Of a stretch of 32,000 nucleotides of DNA, positions 7,645 through 17,100 are shown piece after piece. Each line of letters begins with the position of its first letter. Position 1 is the first letter of the stretch. Below the pieces are notes generated by a model that saw nothing but the letters and a program-made list of their open reading frames with translations, searched no databases and was not told where the DNA came from. Origin of the DNA: an uncultured Thiothrix sp. GTDB taxonomy: Bacteria > Pseudomonadota > Gammaproteobacteria > Thiotrichales > Thiotrichaceae. The position numbers were made by a program, and so were the translations under genes. The stretch covers positions 16,171 through 48,170 of the forward strand of contig CAXYXY010000011.1 of NCBI GenBank assembly GCA_964293125.1. The letters run 5' to 3'.

Positions 7645-9698
7645 AATATATCAACTTTTGTCTCCAGACACTTTCGCAGTATCAAGTCATTGACGCCAAC
7701 ACCGAACCAGCTATCTGGCTTTTGGAAAAAGTCCAGACCCCGCCCTATCTTTATTATCCAGCCATTATCGATACGGATTTCACGATCATGCAAGTACTCG
7801 TTCACCTTTAAGTCGAGTGCAATGTCCAGTTCTAGCAGACTTTGTTTGAGTTCAGCCAGACGACCAGACATTTCTTTTACGTCGGTTTCGTCATCGTAGC
7901 TAGTGATCAGGGTAATATTGCGGATGCTAGGTGTCCGTATCACTGCCTCGCAGAACCTGACAAAGTTCTGAATCTGGTGAGTTGCTCGTATATATGGATC
8001 TTCAATTTCAATCGATTTAGCACATTCCAAGTAAGGACTAATGATTGAGTCGTAGCTATACCCAGTTGCACCATAATGGATTATAAAATGTTGCTCCTGA
8101 AGCTCGGGAACCGTCAATTCAGGTGTTTCTACGGGTTGTGGTTTAGGTTCTACTGGAGCAGCAGCTGTTTGTTTTTCGGGATAAACGACTTCACCTGCTC
8201 TAGCATGAATATCGCGCCGTACAGGTTCTTGGGTAGCATGGGCTAACCTTGATTCAGGGCAATAAACGATGACCTCCTGTCCTAGGGTATCCAGGTACGA
8301 GAGGTTGATTTTGGCAAATTCATCATCGGATTTGCGCTTGTTCATTTGTTCTTTCACTCGGCGGCGGGCTTCTATGGCATAGGCGACGTATTCCGTAAAC
8401 TCTTCGTCGGATGGTGAACCGGTTGGGTGTAGAATCTTCAGAAAAGCCGAAACAGTTTTCTTGATGCCTTTTTCATCCCGCCCTTCGATAGCAGTTCCCA
8501 GTTGTATACGCTTGCTGACTTCCTGATAGCGATTGGTTTGCTTCAATTGGTAATGAAAGGCTTCTGCAATGTAATCGGTAATAAATCCATAGCGATCAGT
8601 CAGGAAATCGCTACTGTTTTTGGGCATTTCCCAGCCCGGCAAATAGTTGGCGAAACGATCCATCACGGCCAGATCAAATTCTTTGGGCAAAGGTTGGAAT
8701 AGGTCATAGACCTCAGAGTTCACAATCTGCTCGACTGACAAATCCAGGTTGCCAACAAACGCCATCGACGCATCGGCAATCACCTCGACCCCACGGGAGA
8801 ATCGCCCATTGGCCATAAAGTCTTTCATGATCTGAATGGTGTCTTGGTCTTTGACCTTGATGCCTCCGACCTCATCGAATGCAACGGTATCCCAGAAGCC
8901 AACCAGGCCTATTTTCTTGCGCTGGTTGTTATAGAACAAGGTGGCTTTGGTGGCTTGTCCGCCACTGATGAGCGTGGAGTAGGGTGAGAATTCGCTGAAG
9001 AAGTAGGATTTGCCGGTGCCGCGTGGGCCTAATTCGATGAAGTTATAGTTAGGCTCCACCAAGGGCATCAGGCGGGCGATAAAGTGCAGCTTCAGCCGAT
9101 GGCTGAGTTTGCTGGGTTCTAGGCCTACCGAGCGTAGCACTGCATCGAGCCATTCATTGCGGCTAAATTCATTGCGTCCTTCACAATAGCGCTCAAAATC
9201 GAAGCGGCTCAACTGAATCGGACGTAAATCCTCGATGTAAAAGGCATAGTCATCGTCTTCAATTTCGTTGTAGGCGAGGGTGACTTCTGCCCACAAGCCG
9301 CCCTGTAATAGGCGGTCGTGATCACGGTAAAACTTTTCGCTGATCGCGACTCGGCGGGAGTCGAAGTTTTCCAATGCTGCCCAGTGACGGCGGTCGTTTT
9401 CCACGTAGTTAACGTGCACCTTATCAATAAAGCGGTACTTGCCTTTGGTGGCGACTTTGGACTGGGCTTTGTTGGCCTCGTTGGGGCGCACATAGTTATC
9501 TTGCAAGGTATCCAGTACGGCTTCCAGCCCCGCCTGGATTTCAGCAGCATCATCGCTGGCACAATAGCGAGCCAGCAAAAACTCTAACACGAAGGTCGGG
9601 ACATTAGTGCCTTTTTTGATGCGGTGTAACAAGTCTTTGCGCACCACTTTTCCATCAAAGATAGCTGTTAGTTTTTTATCCAAATCGTCCATTATCAC
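7632..9698 (-). CDS. brxL: BREX Lon-like protease/ATPase BrxL
   Basis: 688 aa. Walker A GPRGTGKSY, with size and terminal position typical of BrxL. The GTG at 9698 overlaps the pglZ stop (GTGA); an alternative ATG lies at 9692. Confidence 0.9.
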   Translation of the reverse strand: MIMDDLDKKLTAIFDGKVVRKDLLHRIKKGTNVPTFVLEFLLARYCASDDAAEIQAGLEAVLDTLQDNYVRPNEANKAQSKVATKGKYRFIDKVHVNYVENDRRHWAALENFDSRRVAISEKFYRDHDRLLQGGLWAEVTLAYNEIEDDDYAFYIEDLRPIQLSRFDFERYCEGRNEFSRNEWLDAVLRSVGLEPSKLSHRLKLHFIARLMPLVEPNYNFIELGPRGTGKSYFFSEFSPYSTLISGGQATKATLFYNNQRKKIGLVGFWDTVAFDEVGGIKVKDQDTIQIMKDFMANGRFSRGVEVIADASMAFVGNLDLSVEQIVNSEVYDLFQPLPKEFDLAVMDRFANYLPGWEMPKNSSDFLTDRYGFITDYIAEAFHYQLKQTNRYQEVSKRIQLGTAIEGRDEKGIKKTVSAFLKILHPTGSPSDEEFTEYVAYAIEARRRVKEQMNKRKSDDEFAKINLSYLDTLGQEVIVYCPESRLAHATQEPVRRDIHARAGEVVYPEKQTAAAPVEPKPQPVETPELTVPELQEQHFIIHYGATGYSYDSIISPYLECAKSIEIEDPYIRATHQIQNFVRFCEAVIRTPSIRNITLITSYDDETDVKEMSGRLAELKQSLLELDIALDLKVNEYLHDREIRIDNGWIIKIGRGLDFFQKPDSWFGVGVNDLILRKCLETKVDIFRES

Positions 9699-12223
9699 AC
9701 CGTATAGTCCGTTTCTAAGTCAAGCTGGCAATAAGCTATCAAGGTGGATGGGTTCAGGGCTTTTATTTTGAATTTACCTTCAAACTCCATTTGCATTTTC
9801 AAGGTAATCTGAATCTTATCGCCGGGTTTGAGGGTGATGGTTCCGGTTGCAGGGTTTACTCTACCACCAGGCTTGGCTTCACCGACAACATTGCCTTTCT
9901 TATCGTGCGCTTCCAGCAGGATTTCAAAATCGCTGCCGACAGAGAACATATCCTGGGTTTCGACACCCATTTCCACCACTGGCAAACGGGTGGTAATGCG
10001 CTTTGCACCGTTTTTGTAATTCAGCACGACCTGGGCTTGTTGCATGGCAGGTTGACCAGGTGCTTTCAGTTGCAGGCTAATGACCGGCACGACCAGTTCT
10101 TGTAAAGATGCGCCGCCGTGATAATACAACAGGCCAGTCCGGTAAGACGCCAAACTCAAAGGCCCACTCAAATAAGCGAAATCCCCCCGAATACCTGCCT
10201 TTTCTGCGCTGATCCGATAGTGGTTAGCATCAGCATTGCCATCTCCCAACAAACAGCGGTCATGAGTATTTTGCCAATTGCCCGCAGGTTTGGGGCAAGT
10301 GTCGCCTGCTCCGGCATGGGTATTCATAAAGAAACCGTGGTCGGTAGCAATCACCACCTCGTGGAAACCGGCATCTTTCAATTTATGGATAGCCACGCGA
10401 ATCCGTTTCAAGGCATTGATAATTTCAGCCGGGGCGGTATCCGGGTGGTTCTCGAACTGACTGTCGATTTCCACCGCACGCAGCACCAGCAATTCGGTGT
10501 GCGCTTCGATAGCGAAGCCCTTGCGCACAAACTCTTCTAGCCGCCCTTCCTGGAAGCGTTGGCCGTAGCGCTTTTTGATCCAGTCCATGCGCTGCTTAAC
10601 GGTGCTGACTTCCTGGTCATGGATGTAGGGGGTGAAGCCGCTGTCTTTTTTCACCAAGCGTAGCCCTGTCCCGGCTTCGGGCAGTAAGCTTGCCATACCC
10701 ACCAAGGTGATGCTGGGTAGCTGAGCTAGTGCGACCTGTAGGGTGACTTTACCGTCTTCTGCCAATTGTTTTTCCAACGCCATCCCTAGTTCATAGCGCA
10801 ATGCGTCGATCATCAGATAGGCGACCTTATGTCCACCCTGTTGCAGTTTAGGGGCAACCAGCTTATCGAATACGTCAGCATTCGCCAGACGTCCTGATAA
10901 GGGCCAGCCACTGTGTTGCAGATGACGGGTAAATAGCATCTGCACTTTTTCCGCTAGCTTGGCGTATTGCTTGCGCATTTGCTGCTGGACGGATTTCATC
11001 ACGCCTTGCACATCTTGCCACTCATAATCGCTGACTGCTTGTTCAAACTCCCGTTGCAAACGATCGACTTCGCGCAATTGGCGGGTGTAGAAATCCAGTA
11101 ACGCATCCATGCTTTGGGTATGTTCCGGCAAGCTGCGTTCTTTGTCCTGACAAGACTCCAGCAAGGCCAGGGCAGCACGCAGCAAGTCCCATTGGGTCTG
11201 GCTTTCGCCTTTGCCTGTCCAGACCGACTGGGCGTGGCGTTGCAGGATTTCCCTAACCTTATCGGTGTCGTCGCGCAATAGGGCTTCGATGGTGCGTTGC
11301 AGGAAGGTGCGCTCTTCAAACGGGAAGGTGTCGCGTGCGCCTAAGTCTTGCATGTGACCGCAGGAATCAGATAAGCCGAGTTCGGTTTCGATAGCTTCCG
11401 CCCGCTCGATGTAGATGTTCTGGGTGTTACGGTCGCTGCGCAGGCGTTCGCAAAGGTCTTCGATCAATGGCTGGGCGGCATCCAGCGCACGCGGCACATC
11501 GTGCAGGCTGGCGGGCAGCATCTCAGGTAAATCAAACACGAACTCACTGAACAAGACGAATCGCCACAACTCTTCCGTAATAGCTGACCAGGTTTTGCCG
11601 CGTGTTTTCAAGTGCAGCCCGATGCTGGCTTGCAATAGCTCCTTAGTCTCTGCTACCCAGGCATCGTTGGTTTTGAGTGATTCTTGCTGGTTGGCAGTCG
11701 GTACAAGTAAGGCAAATAGTATTTCACGGGCAGATTCGACCTTGAGTAAGGCACGCAAGTTCGGCCAACTGAGGCCACCGCCAATCGCGTCAATCACCGC
11801 GAAGCTGGGGTTGGGGTTTTGCGCGAAGACTGCACGGATTTGGGTGGCGTGGTCGGGTTTGGCTTGTAGGCACAAGCTCTGGAATCCGTCGCCATCACCA
11901 ACGGGAAAGACTGCCCCGCAGGCTGCGTACAGTGCAAAGGGGTCTTGCTGCCGCTCCTCATCTTCCAGTGGTACGCTGGCAGGCACATAAACCAGTAATT
12001 GTTGGATGGGATTCCGCTCAGCACCCATTTGGCTCAAGGTGGCAATTGCCTGAGCGCGGCTAGTAATACTGGATTCACTGGCATTCACCACGACTCGCTT
12101 GTCACTTGCCATATCTAGACACAGGTCGTGGTAACGCCGTTCAGGGTCATACACCACCATAACCTGATGTTTCTTTAGGCGCGGCTCAAACACCTCTGTT
12201 TTGATAAATTCTGCAATCGACAT
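9695..12223 (-). CDS. pglZ: BREX alkaline-phosphatase-superfamily protein PglZ
   Basis: PglZ-domain motifs MIDALRYELG and ATDHGF. About 842 aa from the ATG at 12223, which has a GGGAG RBS 7 nt upstream and lies 4 nt after the DUF4276 stop. The track's 12265 start would overlap the upstream gene. Confidence 0.9.
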   Translation of the reverse strand: MSIAEFIKTEVFEPRLKKHQVMVVYDPERRYHDLCLDMASDKRVVVNASESSITSRAQAIATLSQMGAERNPIQQLLVYVPASVPLEDEERQQDPFALYAACGAVFPVGDGDGFQSLCLQAKPDHATQIRAVFAQNPNPSFAVIDAIGGGLSWPNLRALLKVESAREILFALLVPTANQQESLKTNDAWVAETKELLQASIGLHLKTRGKTWSAITEELWRFVLFSEFVFDLPEMLPASLHDVPRALDAAQPLIEDLCERLRSDRNTQNIYIERAEAIETELGLSDSCGHMQDLGARDTFPFEERTFLQRTIEALLRDDTDKVREILQRHAQSVWTGKGESQTQWDLLRAALALLESCQDKERSLPEHTQSMDALLDFYTRQLREVDRLQREFEQAVSDYEWQDVQGVMKSVQQQMRKQYAKLAEKVQMLFTRHLQHSGWPLSGRLANADVFDKLVAPKLQQGGHKVAYLMIDALRYELGMALEKQLAEDGKVTLQVALAQLPSITLVGMASLLPEAGTGLRLVKKDSGFTPYIHDQEVSTVKQRMDWIKKRYGQRFQEGRLEEFVRKGFAIEAHTELLVLRAVEIDSQFENHPDTAPAEIINALKRIRVAIHKLKDAGFHEVVIATDHGFFMNTHAGAGDTCPKPAGNWQNTHDRCLLGDGNADANHYRISAEKAGIRGDFAYLSGPLSLASYRTGLLYYHGGASLQELVVPVISLQLKAPGQPAMQQAQVVLNYKNGAKRITTRLPVVEMGVETQDMFSVGSDFEILLEAHDKKGNVVGEAKPGGRVNPATGTITLKPGDKIQITLKMQMEFEGKFKIKALNPSTLIAYCQLDLETDYTV

Positions 12224-12227
12224 ATGC

Positions 12228-12848
12228 TTACTCCCAAGCCAATACCGTAGCAATGGCGCTGGCAAATGCGTTAAAACTGGCTGATTGGTTATTGTCAGGA
12301 TTCAGGTGTGACGCAATCTCACGCGCACATTCCAGCTTGCGTAAGCCCGTAGGGAAATACCCGGCTTTTTTCAGTACCCGCTCCAATGCCTCCCATGTCC
12401 CACCACTGATGGCGTCCGGGTCACGGTAGGGTTTCTTTTGGGGAATGCTGGCGGGTACACGTGGATAAACCTGTTGCACCGCCTTCCAATCACCAAAAAA
12501 CCAGGCTTCCAATTCCTCAATCACAATGCGGTTCACCACTTGGAAACGTTGCCCCGCTGCTACCCTTGTTTTGGTGAGTAATCCTGCCTGTTGGGCAGTT
12601 TGCTCCAGTTGCTGTTTTAAGACAGCACAATCGCTGTCGTCACGATCCACCAGCACCAGAAGCGCCCAATTGTTTGGCAACCACTGGCTGTAGCCCTTTA
12701 GCCGGGCAGGAAGCTGCTTTAACAAGTCGTCTTTGCATTGGAAACGGATAATCTGAAACTCGACATCCCCCAACATGCGCGGCAATAGCCCTTCCAGCGC
12801 AGCCTCCATGGAAATTTCTTCCACCAGTACGATGAGCTTTTCCAGCAT
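12228..12848 (-). CDS. DUF4276-like small protein with a Toprim-like acidic motif pattern
   Basis: 206 aa. N-terminal strand plus acidic LIVLVEEISMEAA, then VLVDRDDSD (DxD) and VIEELEAWFF. This matches my memory of DUF4276 and resembles the Toprim E...DxD arrangement. Its ATG is 3 nt after the ATPase stop. Confidence 0.65.
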   Translation of the reverse strand: MLEKLIVLVEEISMEAALEGLLPRMLGDVEFQIIRFQCKDDLLKQLPARLKGYSQWLPNNWALLVLVDRDDSDCAVLKQQLEQTAQQAGLLTKTRVAAGQRFQVVNRIVIEELEAWFFGDWKAVQQVYPRVPASIPQKKPYRDPDAISGGTWEALERVLKKAGYFPTGLRKLECAREIASHLNPDNNQSASFNAFASAIATVLAWE

Positions 12849-12851
12849 CCG

Positions 12852-14096
12852 CTATTTTCCTATTGCTTTTTTTCTGGGTGCGCCAAGGTTCACCAGTGGG
12901 TCGCCCAAACCGAAATGCCCTTCCATCCACAAATAACCAAGGCTTGCCCCGGCTTTGACGAATTCGTTAATGCCCTGAATCTCCGCTGCGCATACCGCTT
13001 GGGTGAAACCGTGTTCGTCACGGTACAACACGCGCACTTCCTCCGGGTGCATGGCATTCAGCAAGAAAGGGGAATGGCTGGTAATGAGCAGTTGTGAGCG
13101 TTCAGACGCTGCCCGGCATTCTTCCGCCAGTTCTGGCAGCAGGCGCGGGTGCAGGAAATTTTCCGGCTCTTCGATGCCGATAAAGCGCGGCGGGTCGGGG
13201 TCATACAGCATGGTCAAATAAGCCAGCATCTTCATCGTGCCATCCGAGGCATATTTGGCTAGTACGGGTTGCTCGAAAGGCGCATCCTTGATTTGCAACA
13301 ATAAACGCCCATCCGGCATGGGTTCTGCTTCTACCCGTTCCAGCCGGGGGATGCGCTGGCGTAATACTTTAAAAATCTGCTCCAGACGTTCGGGGTGTTG
13401 CTCTTTCAGGTACTGGATGACATTGGGTAGGTTTTCACCGCTCTTACTCAGGCGTTCTTGTGGTCCGGCTTCGGGTTGGTTACGTGTCTGGTCAATCGAC
13501 AGGTAAGACACGTACCAGTTGGTGATAAATTCGCGCAACGCGGCAACGCGGGGGTGATTGGAAAACTGCCCCAAGGTGTTCACGGCGATCAGGTCGGGGG
13601 AGCGCAAATGGGTTTCTTCGCGGATGTCGTCTTCGTCCGGGGTTTCGCCGCTGGCGGCGCGACCAATCCCACGGGAAAATTCCAGAAAGCGGAACGGCTT
13701 GCCTTTGCTGCCGCGCCGCCATTGCAGCCATTCCTCGACCACTTCGGGGCCTTTAGCGCCTTCGTCGATAGCCAAGTGGTAGGTAATGATCGGGCTTTTG
13801 GGCTTTTCGCGGTATTTCAACTCGAATACGATGGGGCCACTTGCACCACGGCTTTTTAGCTCCCGCCCCCTGCCGCGCCTATCCCAAGCATGGCGTAAAC
13901 CGTATTGGAAGCATTCAGACAGGAAGTTGAACACATCAAACAGGGTCGATTTGCCGCTGCCGTTCGGCCCCAGTAACACGGTCATGGGGGTGAGCTTGTT
14001 CAGCTCGATTTTTCTGAGGGCGCGGTAGTTTTCGACGCGGAGTGATTCAATGCGCGGGATACCGTTTGCACTGTTTAGGGTTTCTTCAACAGCCAT
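12852..14096 (-). CDS. ABC-type AAA_15/AAA_21 family ATPase (OLD/AriA/PtuA-like)
   Basis: 414 aa. Walker [10 protein letters not shown], signature-like ASDGTMKML, Walker [16 protein letters not shown]-loop ITSHSP. AGGGAG RBS 7 nt upstream of the ATG. Lies 39 nt downstream of the pglX stop. Confidence 0.85.
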   Translation of the reverse strand: MAVEETLNSANGIPRIESLRVENYRALRKIELNKLTPMTVLLGPNGSGKSTLFDVFNFLSECFQYGLRHAWDRRGRGRELKSRGASGPIVFELKYREKPKSPIITYHLAIDEGAKGPEVVEEWLQWRRGSKGKPFRFLEFSRGIGRAASGETPDEDDIREETHLRSPDLIAVNTLGQFSNHPRVAALREFITNWYVSYLSIDQTRNQPEAGPQERLSKSGENLPNVIQYLKEQHPERLEQIFKVLRQRIPRLERVEAEPMPDGRLLLQIKDAPFEQPVLAKYASDGTMKMLAYLTMLYDPDPPRFIGIEEPENFLHPRLLPELAEECRAASERSQLLITSHSPFLLNAMHPEEVRVLYRDEHGFTQAVCAAEIQGINEFVKAGASLGYLWMEGHFGLGDPLVNLGAPRKKAIGK

Positions 14097-14135
14097 GTGT
14101 AGCTCCCTGTGGGGTTCGGGTTGTCCTTACTGCCA

Positions 14136-17100
14136 TTACATCATCCCTGCTATTTTGGTGCGAATCAATGCGTGCAACTGTGCATCCGTCATGGGGATGG
14201 GTTGCCATTCGAGTTTGGTTTCACCGCTGCCTTTTTTGCCGCGTTTGGTTTCGACTGCTACTTCATGCCAAAAGTCGGCTTCGACATCGTGGGCAATCGC
14301 CAGACTGCGGTCTTGGTGGCACTTGCGTAGTACGCGCTCAGGCCAGATGCTGTAGGCGAGGTGCGCCCAGTCGTAGTCGCCTTGTTCGAGTGCTTGCCAA
14401 GTTTCCTTGAGTTTTTTCTGCCAGGCTTTGTGCTGGAACAGTTTCCAGAGTGGCGCGGCGGTGATTTGCACACCGTCGTTGAGGTTCGGCTTCCAGAATT
14501 TGGCAATCCGCAGCAGCTCATCACGGAAATCCTTGAGTTCGGCTTCCAAGTCCAGCAGGCGGGCGAAATCCTTTTCCTCCTGACTGTTGCGGGTCTTGTT
14601 GCGCAAGCCAGTTAGGTCATCCTTGACCGTTTTCAGCTTCGGCTCCACGAAATCATTCACGCAGGTGTATAGCGTCTGTTCGCTCAGGCGATGGTAGTAC
14701 ACCCACAGTGTGTAAGAACCGGACGGGGTTTGCAAAGGCCAATAAATCGGCGCTTGCCGTCCAGATGATGAATAGCGGCTCAGATGAAAATCAAAAAAGC
14801 CGTTCGACTGTTCAATAAATGTTTCTAAACTCTTGGAACTCACGAAATCAGAAAAAAATTGAGTAATTTCAGTGTAATCGAATCCTAGAGAATTCGATTG
14901 GATGGCTGTAAGCAAGCTGGGGGCATCCAGTATTCCTATAAACCCTTTTTCATTGTCTTCAATAGCCCAGCGATCAAAGCAAACGCCAAAGAGGTAAACC
15001 AATAAATCTAGAATCAGCAACTTGGCAATTTCACAATTATCACGCTCAGACCACCTGGGAATGCACTCCTGAGGTGTCTTCTTTGAATAACTATTTAAAT
15101 CTTTTAAATCTTCGATCCCTTCAATTTTATAAATAGCATTAACTAATTCATCTATGTCGTTATGGATTTTCATAACTCCAGCCTGATCAAAACTTAATTC
15201 CACCACAAAATCATGCAATTGAGATCGCAGATCTTTTTGTGATAATAAATATGGTGATTTAAAGAATATTGTTGTTTCGTCCCATGAAAAGTATTTTTCC
15301 TTCAAGGAAATGATTTCTTCGACCTTACTTACTATTTGTTTTTTTAATTTATAGGAAGATGCTTCAAAATCAGGAGCAGGCATAAGATTAATATACCCGG
15401 AATACTTATGTTGGCCAGCATAAGTATTTAATATCCTAGATGCAAAAGTCGAGTTAAGAATAGCTAATACAAGAAGGCTCGTTTCTTTGTTTTCAATTGG
15501 AATACATTGCCCTTCAACCGTAAAGATTGCCTCTTTATTCATTATGTGAGCATCTAAATATTCACCTCTTTTTCCAAAGCATACGCCAGGTTTAAAATGT
15601 TGATTTTTATTTTGGATTCTATATGAGTATGACGGAAAATTATCCGATCCTAATTTTTTATATTTTCCATATTTGGCTACTTCTCGCTTAGGATTGGCAT
15701 ACCTAGTAAATTCCCCGCCATTGTATAAATAACAATATTCAGCTTCAGCACCAATTTTTTCATTCAGAGGTAACTCCCAAAAAACTCGAAAATGCCTTTC
15801 AGATTGCAATTGATGGCCTGTATATCCTGTCAAACCTAATGCAGAAAATGACTGAAGGGATTGAAAAGTATTTAGCAGGCCAGAGGGAAGATCATAAATC
15901 AAGGCTGAATTAGGGAAGCTATTGAAGCAACTGGTTTTATGTAATACGAAATTTTTATTTTGAACGATTTCAAACAAAGCCTTAGATTTTTCGTCGAGTG
16001 AAAAGTCTCTCAAATTAATAAAATAGGTTAACGGCTTTGAATGTTTTCGCTCACTCAGAATTAGAGACGAAACTTCAACGTTTGCTTCTAGTACATCCCA
16101 TCCCAAGTCACAAATTAACTCCAAGGAGTCTGATTCGAGAAGAACTCGTTTTCTAAAATTCTCATAAGAAGATTTATTAATAGGGCTTCTATCAATTACA
16201 GATCCAGTTAAACCTCCCTCACCCAACTTTTTGCTTAATCTAGAAATGAACGCACACAGAATATTTTTCGACCACTCAGGGTAGGTTTTTTCCAAATAAC
16301 GATTTGTATTCGCTGCACATTCGCCAAACGGGGGGTTCATGAGGACGACATCGAAGCGTTTGCGGCAGAGGTCGATAAAGGCGAAGCCTTTGGCGGCATC
16401 GTCGGCGAACAGGCGTTTTTGGTCGGATTGAGTGGATGCCTGGCTGGCGTAGTCGCTCAGGGCTTGCAGGATGCGCTGCTCGGCATCATCCCAGAAGGTT
16501 GCATCGTTAATCCCCCGCAAGTCAAACCCCAACTCGCGCTGCGGTGTCGCCGCCACCAATTCCGCCGGGAACATATCCCAACTCGTACCCTTGGCGGATT
16601 GCTGTTGCCACTGCGCCCGCGCCCCGGCAATCGCCCCCTGCATTTCCTCCTCGATCTTCAACAGCGTGCCCGCTTCCCCCGCCAGTTGCATCTTGTCGAA
16701 TACCCCCTCCACCAACTGCCCCAACACCGGCGGATACAACTGCGCGGTAAACTCCTGCAACAAGGCTTTCTCCCCCGGCATCGGCTCCGCACACACAATA
16801 TTCGATCGCCGGATCACCGGACGAACCTGCGGCTTCACCCGCAATACCTGCCAAGCCCGCTGCGCCCGCTGCCACAACGATAAGCCCGCAATCTGCACCG
16901 CACGCGGATCAATATCCACCCCATGAATATTGCGCTCAATAATCAACTTGGGGATTTGCACCTGAAACGCTTCAAAACTGGCATAAGTCGCCTGCAACGG
17001 CTGCAAGCCCGCACTACGGCTAAACGCTTGCGGCCCCAGCTCACTTTCCAGTTGCCAAGCCTCCTCATAAATCCGCACAAACAGGTCAAACGCATACAAA

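Noticed and set aside
12224-12265. Track-extended N-termini using TTG/GTG or far-upstream starts: pglZ 12265, brxC 21776, the ATP-grasp gene 26272, MscS 31944, the leader ORF 23635 and puuA 2831.
   Set aside because: In each case a downstream ATG has a proper Shine-Dalgarno at 6-9 nt and removes an implausible overlap with the upstream gene or with a regulatory site. The shorter models are therefore preferred.
16325-16340. Homopolymer runs in pglX as phase-variation tracts: C6 in the NPPF codons, and A7 runs on the coding strand near 14851 and 15341.
   Set aside because: - Runs of 6-7 nt are too short for efficient slipped-strand switching.
- Such runs are expected in AT-rich DNA.
- The ORF is intact.
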